A stretch of DNA of 64,000 bases, from NCBI GenBank assembly GCA_963743635.1, contig CAVUQO010000003.1, positions 576,001-640,000 of the forward strand. The letters run 5' to 3'. Both the position numbers and the translations under genes were made by a program. Each line of letters opens with the position of its first letter. Position 1 is the stretch's first letter. Below, one piece after another: positions 10,978 to 23,328 of the stretch. This stretch comes from Candidatus Babeliales bacterium. GTDB taxonomy: Bacteria; Babelota; Babeliae; Babelales; Vermiphilaceae. The notes beneath the pieces are model-generated. The model saw nothing but the letters and a program-made list of their open reading frames with translations. It was not told where the DNA came from and searched no databases.

Positions 10978-13362
10978 ATGAAACGTACTTATTGTAATAT
11001 CATAGCTATTATAGCTCTATTTGCGGGAACGCAGGTACAGGCAATGGCTGAAAAATCATCAGTGACATCAAGCGATGTAAGAGCGTTGAATAAGATTATA
11101 GAAAAAATTAATAGCGCATCAGCGCCTGTAGAGTCAGAAACAAACCGATCACGGTCGATTGATGCCGCAGTACAAACTGACGCGATCTCAACAAAAACAG
11201 AAATAGGCGAGCCAATACAGAGTGCCACGACTGATGTAAAATCATCAGGGCGGATATTTAAGAATTGGCCTACTCAGTCACGTTCAAGCATTTCATATGC
11301 GAACGCATTGGCAGATATGAGCGATAGCGCTCCTATCGTAAGGCATACTGCAACTTCAAGAAATAGTGATCAAGGTTTAGCTTTTATAGCACACGACAAT
11401 CAGTTAATGGCGATTGGTAAGAATATAGTGCCTATCACTCCAGATCGAGCACCACAAAGCTTTTTAGCAGCAGATAAACCAGAATCATCACTGTTGAATT
11501 TTATGAGTTGGATTACTCGAAAAAAAGAAGTAGTTGAGGTGAGCGTTGCATCCGAGCAAGCAGATCCTGTGCGTGAAGAACAATCATTTGCTTCAAATCC
11601 TTGGACATCATCTTTTGCGATAGGAACTGCATTTGCGGCCGGGTATTTTTTGAGAGAGCCTAAAGTGGATCCCGTTATAAGTCTTTATTTAGGGTCTTTC
11701 TTATTTTTACCGATGAAAACTTTATGGGATGATTATAGAAGTATTAGCAAAAGAGATGGATTTAACAATATTATTGGTGAGGTGCCGGCAGACATTAAAA
11801 GCCTTACTCATATCATCCAGAAAAAATTTGAAGGCAATCCACTTGGCGCAAGTTGCCCTAAAGGTATTTTGTTGGTTGGCCCTCCAGGAACGGGTAAAAC
11901 ATCGCTCATAAGAGCTCTCGCTGAAGAAGTACAGTGTGGATTTATTCCAATAACGGGAGCCGATTTCAATGGTATGTTTGTAGGGAGTGGTGCACTTAAA
12001 GTAAGAGAACTTTTCTTGAGAGCATGGATTCAAGCTTTAATTTGCGGTAAAGCAATTATTTTTATCGATGAAATTGATGGAGTTGGTAAACGTACTGGTA
12101 GTGAAATGCAGTCTCTTTTGGGTACTATGTCTACATTGCTGACACAGATGGATGGCATTGATCAAGATCAAAATAAGTCGGTCATTGTAATTGCTGCAAC
12201 CAATAATTTGGAAAATATTGATCCTGCATTGCTTAGACCAGGGCGTTTTGACAAGATCATTCATGTTGCTCTGCCTAACATTGAAACGCGTAAGCTTCTT
12301 TTTGAACATTATATAAAAACTAAACCACATGATGGTCAGAATATGGATGTACAAAAAATTGCTGAGGCAACACGTAATTACAGTCCTGCTGATATTAAAG
12401 AGCTTACCAATAAAGCGGCCCTGTTGGCCTTGCAAGAGGATCATTCTGCAATAGGCTACACGCATATAAAGAAAGCAATTAGAATAGGTTTGCAAGAAAA
12501 ATTACTCAAAGGTGAAACGAGTGTTCGCCAGCAGATAGATGGACTTGATGTACTATTTGACGACCAAGGTACTACTAAAGGATTTAACCAAATTATTGGT
12601 GGTGTACCTAATGATATTAAAGATATGGCAACCATGATGAAGGGTGATGCTGCTCAATATAAAAAGTTTGGTGTTCCAGTGCCTAAGGGTATTTTGTTAT
12701 ATGGTCCTCCAGGAACGGGGAAAACCCTCCTTGCAAAGGCCGTAGCTGAAGAGATTGGGTGTGAATTTATAGAAACAACCGCTTCAAGCTTTATGACGGA
12801 ATTCATAGGGAGTGGTCCAAAGCGTATTGCTGATATTTTTACACAAGCACGACAAAGGGCAAATGGCGGTAAAGCAATTATATTCATCGATGAGCTTGAT
12901 GCGATTGGATCTCGTCAAAGCGGTATGCAAACCCATCAAGAGGCAAGAAATACTCTGAATGCATTGCTTACGCAAATGGATGGTTTCTTAAAAGATGATT
13001 CAATCATTGTGATTGGTGCAACCAATGATCCGAGTGTGTTAGATGAAGCATTAATGCGTGCAGGAAGATTTGATAAAAAGATTGCAATTGGACTACCCGA
13101 TGCCGCAAAGCGTAAGTTGCTTTTACAACATTATAGTAAGAATCGTCCGGTTAGTGCAGATGTATCATTTGATTCTATAGTACAAGAGCTTGATGGCTGT
13201 AACGCTGCTGATATCAAAGAGTTTATAAATACGGCAGCAACCATTGCTGTGCGTAATAACGCCGAACATATTAATCAAGATGCATTGGACCAGGCAGTTG
13301 AAGAATTCAAGAGACAGAGAAACTCTGGAAATAGGGATTCCCACAGTCACATGTATACATAA
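10978..13362 (+). CDS. Signal-peptide-bearing double AAA+ ATPase (Cdc48/FtsH-like AAA modules)
   Basis: Sec-type N-terminus; two AAA modules ([38 protein letters not shown]); no HExxH protease domain. Confidence 0.9.
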   Translation: MKRTYCNIIAIIALFAGTQVQAMAEKSSVTSSDVRALNKIIEKINSASAPVESETNRSRSIDAAVQTDAISTKTEIGEPIQSATTDVKSSGRIFKNWPTQSRSSISYANALADMSDSAPIVRHTATSRNSDQGLAFIAHDNQLMAIGKNIVPITPDRAPQSFLAADKPESSLLNFMSWITRKKEVVEVSVASEQADPVREEQSFASNPWTSSFAIGTAFAAGYFLREPKVDPVISLYLGSFLFLPMKTLWDDYRSISKRDGFNNIIGEVPADIKSLTHIIQKKFEGNPLGASCPKGILLVGPPGTGKTSLIRALAEEVQCGFIPITGADFNGMFVGSGALKVRELFLRAWIQALICGKAIIFIDEIDGVGKRTGSEMQSLLGTMSTLLTQMDGIDQDQNKSVIVIAATNNLENIDPALLRPGRFDKIIHVALPNIETRKLLFEHYIKTKPHDGQNMDVQKIAEATRNYSPADIKELTNKAALLALQEDHSAIGYTHIKKAIRIGLQEKLLKGETSVRQQIDGLDVLFDDQGTTKGFNQIIGGVPNDIKDMATMMKGDAAQYKKFGVPVPKGILLYGPPGTGKTLLAKAVAEEIGCEFIETTASSFMTEFIGSGPKRIADIFTQARQRANGGKAIIFIDELDAIGSRQSGMQTHQEARNTLNALLTQMDGFLKDDSIIVIGATNDPSVLDEALMRAGRFDKKIAIGLPDAAKRKLLLQHYSKNRPVSADVSFDSIVQELDGCNAADIKEFINTAATIAVRNNAEHINQDALDQAVEEFKRQRNSGNRDSHSHMYT

Positions 13363-13384
13363 ATAATAGTACAAGATCAAAAAC

Positions 13385-13425
13385 AAACGAAGGGCGAGAG
13401 ATAATACCTCTCGCCCTTCGTTTTA
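13385..13425. terminator. Bidirectional terminator sharing 34 identical bp with 10671-10704
   Basis: AAACGAAGGGCGAGAG...CTCTCGCCCTTCGTTT between convergent genes. Confidence 0.88.
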
Positions 13426-13440
13426 TTTTAACGATTTTTA

Positions 13441-15181
13441 CTACCGTAGTAAGCAGGCTTCTAAATCTTCGATGAATGATTTTTCATCGATATCATACAG
13501 TTCTGCGCCCCATCGTTTAACGACGCAGCAGGTTTTTGGATCGACCACGAGAATGGTTGGAAATCCGATCACGTTATATTCTTTATTGCAGCAAACCGGA
13601 TGGTTTTCTTCTGAGCCGTCAACTTTGAGTGGAACGCATTTTGCAAGCGTTTCGAGTACGGCTTCCTCTTTAAAGAGGGTGGCATCGAGTGCATGGCAAA
13701 TGGAGCAGTGTGGCGCCCCGACGTTTATAAATAAATGCTTGTTTTCTTCCTTTGCACGTGTGAGTGCCGTTTCATAATGCTTTTCCCATACGGAACTTTC
13801 TTCGCTAATCGGCGTTGTTACCGATTGATATGCCTTAAAGAAAAGGTGTACTGAGAATGCCAACAGCGCAATGCCCAAGAGATTCTTCGCCATGCGTATG
13901 TTAGGCGAGAAGGTATTTCGCGCAGAATACAGATAATATATGCCACTGCCCGTTACCAAGATAACAATCAGCCAAGAAATGAGCGCGGCCGGTAATAATG
14001 GCTTGAGGAAATAAAGGCAGGTTGCAAGAAGTAGTAAGCCAAAAAAGTGTTTGACCTCAACCATCCACATGCCTGCTTGCGGCAGCAATGAGAGTGAACT
14101 CGAGAAGGTGCCGATCAGTAGCAATGGAATGCTGAGTCCGATACCAAATGAAAAGAGCAAACTGAATCCAAGATACGGATTGCCAACGTGCGCTACATAA
14201 CTTAAGAGCGTCAATAATCCTGGTGATAAGCATGGTGAAGCAACCGTACCGCTTGCAGCGCCAAAAAGAAACGCTGAAAGAAATGAGCCGCCTTTCATGG
14301 AACCAAGATAACCGCCTGATAATGATTTTGGGGTACGCATTTGAAGTACGTCAAACATACAGAGCGCAAGATATAATAAGAGCAACACAATACCAATGAT
14401 CACGAATGGACTATTCATGAGCGCGCCACACTTTTTTGCCTGCAAAAGCGACAGAAAATCCAAGGCTTGCAAACGTGGTTGAAATACCAATGGTGTATGA
14501 AAGTGCTATGAAAAAATTATATATAAATGATTGTTTCGCTTGCCCTTGTAAAATGCCAACGGTAATAGGAATCATCGGGTAAATGCAGGGGGTCAAACTC
14601 ATAAGAAGGCCAAGCACGAGGACTAAGAGTAAACGCAGTGCTAAAGAATCGGTTGTTTCCACGAGGTTAGAAAGGCGTTCGGAGAATGAAAGTGTTTTTT
14701 CTTTTGGCACGGCGGTAGTTTCTACTGAGGTTGGAATATCGGCCTTTGCAAGGGTTTGTGTTTCTGGTGCTGGTGTATCAAATAGTGGTGCAGCGAGTGG
14801 AAACACATCTTCGCACATCTTTTTGTTCTCAGAGGTATAGTATGCGCAATGCAAGTATGCTTCTGAGGGAAATGATCCGCTTTTACTTTTTGCGCGCGCC
14901 GTTATTGAGAAATTTTTCGTAAATACCTGTTTGTTTTCTTTAAATGATTCATCGTATTTCGTGGTGGGCTCATAATTGGGATGCCATGAGACCAGCTCTA
15001 TATCGGGGTGATCGATCGAGAGCTTCAGAGAATCGCCGTAGATAGTGGCATTCGGGTTTAGGGCAAAATCGAGTGTTATCTCACACGTATGATCTTCAGT
15101 GTAGTTGACTGAATAGGTTGGTGTGGCATTGAGATGCATCATGAAAGAGATGGCATATAAAAAAGCGCAATAGTTCTTCAT
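13441..15181 (-). CDS. dsbD: Thiol:disulfide interchange protein DsbD (frameshift near 14440)
   Basis: Signal peptide, SLTPCIYPMIPI, ASPCLSP, LPQAGMWM and C-terminal thioredoxin CSIC; split across two ORFs. Confidence 0.9.
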
Positions 15182-15281
15182 AATTCCTTTACGTGAGGTA
15201 ATAATGGTGAAAATAAAAGAGGTATTAGTATAGCGAACAATTTGAAATAAGTAAGTAAGATACGTGGTTTATGTCAGTAGC

Positions 15282-16232
15282 TTATAACGTTGTATTCAAA
15301 ATTTTAATATTACCATTCTTTGTGTGCACGGTAATAGTCGCTTCGCCAGTACCAAGTGTACCTTCGACTTCTTGTTTGAAACGAGACCATGCATTCGGAT
15401 CAAGTTGCGTAGTCAGCGGTTTAACCGTGAGATAGTGAGCGCAGGTTAATGTTCCTTTTTGAGTATGTGCTTGGAGTTCGGCGTTTGTAGATTCGGGAAT
15501 GCGGAGTATGATGTTGCCACTGCTTGTATTGAGCGATACTTTGCCTGTAGTAGGCACCTGTAAACATTCAATATCGAGCTTACCTTTTTCAGCCTGCGCG
15601 ATGATGCCCTTTTTGGCGTTATGAATGGTAATATTGCCATGCTGTGCAAATGCTTTGACGGTACTATGCGCTTGATGAATCACAATCGAGCCGAGGTTTT
15701 CCGTTTGTGCATAAATACTGCTTTGCGCATTATCGATTTCTATATTGCCGCTTTTGCATGTTTTGGCAATAATCTGACCATTCACTTCTCTGACGATAAT
15801 ATTGCCATCATCAGAAATCAGTTCAAGACGAACATTTTCCGGTACTACGAGCACATAATCCATCGATGCCTTATTATTTTTTGAGGTGCATACGGTTTCT
15901 ATCTTGATGCATGTTTTATCAGATTTTGAATCATCAATAGTTAGGGAATCCAAATATTCCTGCTTTGATGATTTTTTTGTGGCGGTATAGAGGAATGTTT
16001 TTTTCTTCCACTCACTTTTGACGGTGATAGTTCCGCGCAAATTTTTGACGCAGATGGTTTTTCTTCCATTAAGTGGATATTCTTTTTGTATAATCTCCTC
16101 ATGTACGTTGCCCTTAAAGAGACTGTCGAACTTTTGCGAGATTTTTGATTTTGCAGAGCTGATCTGAGGTGCTATCATACATAACACAGCTAAATACCTT
16201 AATGATGTGCGAGAATAAATCATACGTGTCAC
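15282..16232 (-). CDS. Exported beta-strand repeat protein (DUF4097/adhesin-like)
   Basis: Signal peptide and repeated x-T-x-x-G-x-I units (SDDGNI, TSSGNI, TKNGNI). Confidence 0.75.
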   Translation of the reverse strand: MTRMIYSRTSLRYLAVLCMIAPQISSAKSKISQKFDSLFKGNVHEEIIQKEYPLNGRKTICVKNLRGTITVKSEWKKKTFLYTATKKSSKQEYLDSLTIDDSKSDKTCIKIETVCTSKNNKASMDYVLVVPENVRLELISDDGNIIVREVNGQIIAKTCKSGNIEIDNAQSSIYAQTENLGSIVIHQAHSTVKAFAQHGNITIHNAKKGIIAQAEKGKLDIECLQVPTTGKVSLNTSSGNIILRIPESTNAELQAHTQKGTLTCAHYLTVKPLTTQLDPNAWSRFKQEVEGTLGTGEATITVHTKNGNIKILNTTL

Positions 16233-16261
16233 CTTTTAAAAATAGAAATAGGGATAATCAG

Positions 16262-17697
16262 ATGAAGTCTACACCAATTATATCCAATCTTCAAAATGGT
16301 ATTGATCATATACTCACAAAATTCCCTGTGATACGGGAAATTGTGCACGCGATTGACGTTCGGCATGGCCGTGCGCTGTTGGTAGGCGGTGCAGTGCGTG
16401 ATATTTTTTTGGAGCGTGAATGTAAAGATATTGATATCGAAGTGCATGGTATTGCGCTTGAAATATTGGAAGAAATTTTAAAAAAGCATGGACCGGTAAG
16501 CATGGTCGGTAAATCATTTGGCGTACTGCGATTGCATTCGCTTGATGTTGATTGGTCATTACCGCGTACTGATAGTGTTGGCAGAAAGCCGGTGGTAGCG
16601 ATCGATCCTAATATGTCTTTCAAGCAGGCATTTGAGCGTAGGGATTTAACCGTGAATGCGATGGGCATCGATATAAAAACGAAAGAATTAATCGATCCCT
16701 TTGGCGGACAATCGGATCTTGAGAAAAAGATATTGCGTGCACCAAATCCAGATACTTTCGTCGAAGATCCGCTTGCGCTTTTATCGCGTGATGCAAATGA
16801 TCGCCCGATTCACACTCTATCCGGATGATATGTTGCAAGCGCTTTGTAGGAGCATGTCCGTTGCTGATGTATCGCGCGAACGCATAGAGCTTGAATTTGA
16901 AAAAATGTTACTTCAATCTGAGTTTCCTTCTCGCGGCATTCGTTGGTTGAAAGAGATCGGCCGTTTGGCTGAAGTATTGCCCGAATTGGCAGCAACGGTT
17001 GGCGTTGAACAGGATCCGCGCTGGCATCCTGAAGGAGATGTGTTTGAGCATTCCATGCAGGCAGCTTGATGCAGCGGCGGCAATTGCGCGCACCTATGAT
17101 GATCGGCATAAGGCTCTCGTTCTTTTATATACGGCACTGTGTCATGATCTGGGCAAAGCTACTACTACTCAAAAAACGCCCAATGGCGTCACCAGTTATA
17201 ATCATGAAGTAGAAGGCGTAGAAATTGCGCGCAGTATGCTCAAACGCATTACTGAAAATCATGATATAACGGCAGCAGTGCTGAAATTGATACGCCATCA
17301 TATGACGCCCGTTGTATTTGTAAAGGAGGGTGCAAAGCCAGCCGCGTATAAACGGCTTGCAAATAAATTAGCCCCAGAAGGCACCATTGCATTACTGGCA
17401 GACCTTGCATACGCGGACATGCGCGGGCGCAATCCATTTGAGCAACGTCCTTTACCTCCTGGGATTTCCGAAATACCTCCTTTAAATACTGAGATTCCTG
17501 AACTTGTAATTTTCCTTGAACGCGCACAAGAAGCATGCGTGCGTGATAAGCAGGAAGAGCCAATTTTAAAAGGGCGCGACCTGCTTGATGTGATCTCTCC
17601 AGGTAAGAAAATGGGCGAATTGCTCGATCGTGCCTATGAGATACAGATTGAGGAAGGTATAACGGATAAAGATGTCCTTAAGAAACGCGTTTTGTAG
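16262..17697 (+). CDS. cca: tRNA nucleotidyltransferase with HD domain (two frameshifts)
   Basis: VGGAVRD, DIDIE, RRDLTVNA, EDP.R, WHPEGDVFEH and CHDLGK spread over three ORFs. Confidence 0.93.
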
Positions 17698-17783
17698 TAA
17701 TTATCTCATGTATTTTATTCAATACTTATGATACAATAACCCGATCAAATATTATATCTCACCAAGCAGTGTTAAGGGTTTAT

Positions 17784-20700
17784 ATGAATTATAAGATGTA
17801 CGTGAAAACAATAGTCGGATCTTTTCTGATAACGATGCATGTCATGCATGCGGGACTTGGGGATTCAAATCAGGATATGTTGATGGTAAGAAATCCTCAG
17901 GGGGAATTGGTTGACATATCCCAGGATCCTCATGCGATCGCTTGTCTTTCTGCGAGTTTGATACAAGATGTCCGCGCAAAAAAGGCATTGCTGGCAACAG
18001 TCATCGATGAAAAAAGTGGCGCACCCAAAGATTCTCCGGTACGCCGTGTTGCGCTCAATAATTATGGTGCAATAGAACTGGCTGAAAATAATGTGGATGG
18101 GGCGATACCCTATTTTCAGGAAGCAGCTCAAATGGGTTGTTTAAATGCACAAGAAAATCTTAAACGGATACATCAGTGGAAAGTATCGCAGGGGTTATTG
18201 CCAGTCCTAACGATTGACTCGCAACCATCTTCTGCGGATGCTGCGGTGCCCACCATTATGGTTCACAATGATGCACAAAATGCGGACAGTGAGATCAGAC
18301 AAATGATCGATAGGGCAACAAAAAGAACATTGGCAGCAGTTGTCAGGCCGAAGATAGCAGTGGCGCCAGTTGCAACAAGTCCGTATGTTATGCAGAATGC
18401 TGTTCCAACGGTAGAAATTACGGTGCCAGCAGCAATCACAACTCCAATTTTGCAAGATCAAAAAGCAATTGATGAAACGTCGACTATTAAAACAGTAGAT
18501 TATACAAAGTTTTCCGATAAGCATCTTCGCGATGCTCAAAAGAAGAATGCACAAAAATTGAGATCTACGACCAATGATGCTGAGTTGCGCACTGAGCGTT
18601 CGCTCATTTATACGGCATTGCTTGCAAAGGCAAAAGATACTAGTCAGCGTGTCCCTCTTTTGAAAGAGATGGTGGACTATGGCGATATTGATGCTCATTA
18701 TACGCTTGCTCGCCATTATGGACATAATACTGGTGATACATCGCGTGTACAGAAAAGATGGGAATTATTGAAAACTGCAGCAGACAATAATCATGCAGGT
18801 GCATGTTATGAATTTATAGCCGAAGGTTTTGCATCAAATGATCAAGCTAAAAAGGCAACTGCCGCGACTTATGCCGATCGTTTATTCAAAGATGCGATGC
18901 GTATGGCTCAGATCAAGTTGGATGACGCGCAAAAAGGGACCCTGTATCTCATGTGGGCTCGCTACGCATTGGAAGGACAGGGGGCAAAAAAGGCCGATGA
19001 AAAAGCGGCATGTGAATTATATAAGAAGGCATCTGAATGTGGCAATCATATTGATGCTTACGAGTTTGCGAAGTTGTGCTTTAAATATAACGATTTAGCG
19101 CAAGCGCGAAGGCAGTTTGGGCTTGTACAAGGAAAATATTTGTCACAGGCACTTTGGGCCTCCATGATGTTAGACTTTGCGTCAGGCAAACAAAATGATA
19201 AAAACATCCTCATTCAAGAAATAATGAAACCGTTTCGCGGGGAAGCTTTTTATGGTTCTGGATTAACTGATGCTGATATGGCAGCGTGCGTTGCTCATCC
19301 ATCAGTACTTAAACAGTGGCAAAAATATGCAGATAATGGTGATGCGCGAGCGTGTTTTGTACTTGGTTTGTGTGCAGAAAAAGGATGGGGTAAGACGGAT
19401 GACCAGCCAGATACGCTCTTAGCATATAATTATTATGTGGGCGCAATTGAATCACTATCGATTGATTCAGAGTTAAAAAACGATTGTATTTTTGGTTTGC
19501 GTCGGTTGAGCAGCGATGGTTGTGTGGAAGCAAGCGGGTATATTGAAAAACATTGTTCTACTCAAGAAGAGATCGCCAAGAGAGAATTGGCAGTAGCAGC
19601 AGCTCAAGAAGTAAGAGATTTGTATGCTGCATTGCAGAGCGAGGATGCAGCAGATCTTATGAGTCGTGCTATGCAATGTTCTCCAGCGGCGCTTACAATC
19701 GTTGGAAAAGATCTCAAAAGTGATGATCGCGCACAAGTAGTGCAAATAGCATATTGGGAATACGCAGTTATTATAGTGCACTAGAAAAGTATAGAGCTCC
19801 CCGAGCAATGCAGCAGGGCAAGCAGAAAAAGGTGATTGCTGAGATTAGAGCGGATGCTAAAAATGCGATTTTTTATTTGGAACAAGCGCAAAATTTGGGC
19901 GAATATGGGGTCGAAGGACATTTGAATAAAGTTCGGTATATATACGGCCTGTTGAGTGATGATCGGCACGAAAAAGAATCGTATATTTTAAAAGCGGCAC
20001 AAGGGGGTGACGTGCGGGCGTGCTATATAGCCCATTGTATATGCCCACTGGATCAGGATGTACGAGAAGCATATTTAAAAAAGGCGGTTGATGCTCAGAT
20101 ACCTGGTGCAGAGCTTCTTTCTGTGCAACTCGCGTTGAAGCAAAACGCACCCGATTTGCAGCATATACGTACGATTATTTTACGTATAAAATCAAACCTT
20201 GAGCAAAATTCCCAGTTTTTAGATCAGGATGAAAAGTCAATATTTTACGAGCTCAGTGCCCGGTTGTGTCTGCGGGAAGGCGATAAAGAAGGTTATATTG
20301 TCGGATTGCGTAAAGCATTTGAATTAAAGTGCCCCTATGTAGCAGTTGATCTTGCGAGCGCATGCATAGCGAACAAAAAGTATGCCGAGGCGCGAGAAGT
20401 CTTAAATAAAGTGCCAGCACATGAGCGCGATTATAGATGTCCTGTCATCGAAAGTGCCATGAACTGTGTCGATAATTATAATCAAAAAGCGGTAAGAGAT
20501 AAATTTATTGGGGACTATAACTGCTATTTAAAGCATATGACATTCCAACCTCGGCATGAGCATCTTGTCGATTTTAATAAAGCTTTAGCAGCTATACATG
20601 CCACATGTGCACCACTCAGTAGCAACGATGAGAAATCAAAGCAGATAGAAGCATTAATATGCTATCAAGAGAAAGGAAGAACCAAAGAAGCATATGCTCT

Positions 20701-21988
20701 TGCTTGTGCGAGCGGTCAGTATAGTGTAGAAACAGATATATTGTTTTATGGATGTGAGGGCGTGCCGGCAGATCAGCAGCAAGCATTAGAAAAGCTTATC
20801 CTTGCCATACAGTACGATCCGTGTCAAGCATGTAATGCGGCAGCTCGTGAAAGTTTAAGAAAGAAGTTTGAGGAGAATTTGCGTGATGCAAAGGAGGGTA
20901 AGATACAAGCGTTCAAGCCTACGCCGAAAGCAGCATCAATATTAGAAAAGCTATATGTACTGCTTGATAGTATGAGACCATCGGGTAATCAGGAAGATCA
21001 AAGGATGTTGTCATTGATTCCGCCGTATATGTGTGAGCATTTTTATGCAGCTCAGTCTTCTCAAAAATACCCTGCGAAAATGTTAAATGCGTGGCTTGCA
21101 ATGCTTAAAAGAGATTCAGTCTCAAAAATAAAAAATGAACAAGTGCTCTACTATGAAGCACTCAACGCATTACATGGCAAAAAAAGTGTTTCAGAAATAG
21201 TGAGCTTATTGGAAAAGGCAGCTCAAGCGGGTGAGTCGCGTGCGCAGGTGGACTTGCTGATGATGTATTCAGGGGCCAGAACATTGCATTCAGGGGAAAA
21301 AGTAAAATTAGACTTGGATAAAGCCACGTATTGGGCCAAGCAAATTGCTTCGAATAATGCAGCATCGGATGATGCTAAAGTTGCCATGCATATGTTTATG
21401 GGGCATATGGAAGTGGCTCAGATGCATGAGGCAAGGTGTTCCAATAAGCAACAAGAAAAAAATGATGCATATAAAGCAGCATTGAATCATTATCAAGAGG
21501 CGCTCAAGAAAAATCACTTTTTAGCTATAGCATGTTCCATTAAAACGCATGGTGATGCTGGTTGCAAGGATAAGGCTCTTGAAGTCTACAGACAGTCCCA
21601 TGGTAATGCCATGATCTGGAATAATTGCGTTCATGCATATCCGATTGCGAAAGATGTAGTCAGCATCAATAGTGGGGCTGCAAAGGATGCATGCGTCAGG
21701 CTTTATCACGCATTGAATGTTGAGATACAATCGGGCGAAGATCTGGAGTTACTGGCAGAGACTCTCAAAGATATTCAGCAGTTTTATCAAGGACTATTTG
21801 CAATCATCCGCAATAATCCAGTGCTGTATGGCTTTAATAGCCTGGAAGATGTGATTGCAATTCAGATGCTGACGAGTAATGCAGTGAGCAGAAAAATTGA
21901 TAAAGTTAAGCTCGCACAGATGCAGGCAAAAATGAAAAACCAGCCAGAAGGTTTAAAAAATATGTTTAAAGAAGCCTTCAAGCAATAA
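17784..21988 (+). CDS. Large secreted Sel1/TPR-like repeat protein, about 1400 aa (probable frameshift near 19760)
   Basis: Signal peptide; repeated Sel1-like units (FQEAAQMG, YKKASECG, ADNGDARACFVLG, KAAQGGD, EKAAQAGE); the two ORFs overlap by about 30 bp. Confidence 0.75.
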
Positions 21989-22109
21989 AAACTAACGAGG
22001 CGCTATGGTTGTGGCGGCTAGAGCGTAAGTATTAATATAATTGTTTTCAAAAACATATGGCTTTTGCTACACTGTAGGCATTCTATAATCTATTGTATTA
22101 AAAAAAGGA

Positions 22110-22866
22110 ATGTATATGACATCGGGCATTATGGGCAATTCAATATGGCAGTTGGTTCGCGAATCTGATGCAATGACATGGTTTGTGTTGTTGACCTTAT
22201 TAGTACTTTCTATCATATGTTGGACGGTATTTTTATATAAGTTTTTGGTATTTCGTGTCAAACGGAGGCAGTTAGCCCGTATCACACACAAAATTCGTGA
22301 ACTCAAGAGCACTGAAAACATTATGGCATTATCGTCATCACTGAATGCTGATTTGCCGAGTTATTTTTTGTCGCAGAACGTTTCGTACATAAAATCGTTA
22401 CTTGCAGCGCATGGTAATGGTCAGACGCTTACCACTGATCAATGGGATCTCGTTTCAAATAACATGGATCGTATCCTTGATGATATGATTGGTAATGAAG
22501 AATCATATCTTCCGGTGCTTTCAACAAGCGCTGCAATTTCTCCATTACTTGGCTTGTTTGGTACGGTGTGGGGTTTGATTCACTCATTTATTAGCATCAG
22601 TCAACGTGGATCAGCTGATATCGTGACCGTTGCTCCTGGTATTGCAGAAGCGCTTATTACTACACTTGTTTGGTCTTTTGGTTGCAATTCCAGCGATGAT
22701 GATGTTTAACTATCTTGCAGCTCAAGTGCGTTCGATAGAACATGCATTGGTGCGGCTTGCGGATCAATTTGGTCGTATTGTTCAGCATCACATGGTGCGC
22801 GATGAGGCGCAAGTTTCAAGTGCATATAGTAAGCCATTTGTTGACACGTCTCACCGATCACTGTAG
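22110..22866 (+). CDS. tolQ: TolQ/ExbB proton channel (frameshift near 22665)
   Basis: SPLLGLFGTVWG and VAPGIAEALITT..GLLVAIPA. Confidence 0.92.
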
Positions 22867-22905
22867 TTGTGTTATTCAACATATTAAGATGCGATAGGAG
22901 CTCTG

Positions 22906-23328
22906 ATGAGATCACAAAGAGGTCGACGAAAACGTCTTACCGCAATGAACGATGTGTCATTGACGCCGCTCATTGATACGGCGCTTACCTTACTTATTAT
23001 TTTTATGGTAGCAACGCCGATGATGCGCAATTCAATTCGAGTTACCCTTCCTCAAGGCCAAGCGCAAGAAGACAACTCAAAACAACAAGATTTTATCGTG
23101 CAAATTAGTGACACCAAAGAGCTCCAATTTAATGGAACTCCAGTGAAAGATCTTAATCAATTGATTGCGCAACTCAAAAAAACAATTGGTACTCAACAAG
23201 ATCGTGTTGTGCATGTGTATGGGGCAAAGAATGTTGACTATGGCTTTGTTATTGAGCTTGTTGACAGTTTAAAAAGTGTAGGGGGAATTCGACATGTGGC
23301 CTTGGCAACGCAACGGCGAGCAGCCTAG
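22906..23328 (+). CDS. tolR: TolR/ExbD
   Basis: LTPLIDTALTLLIIFMV; operon position. Confidence 0.9.
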   Translation: MRSQRGRRKRLTAMNDVSLTPLIDTALTLLIIFMVATPMMRNSIRVTLPQGQAQEDNSKQQDFIVQISDTKELQFNGTPVKDLNQLIAQLKKTIGTQQDRVVHVYGAKNVDYGFVIELVDSLKSVGGIRHVALATQRRAA

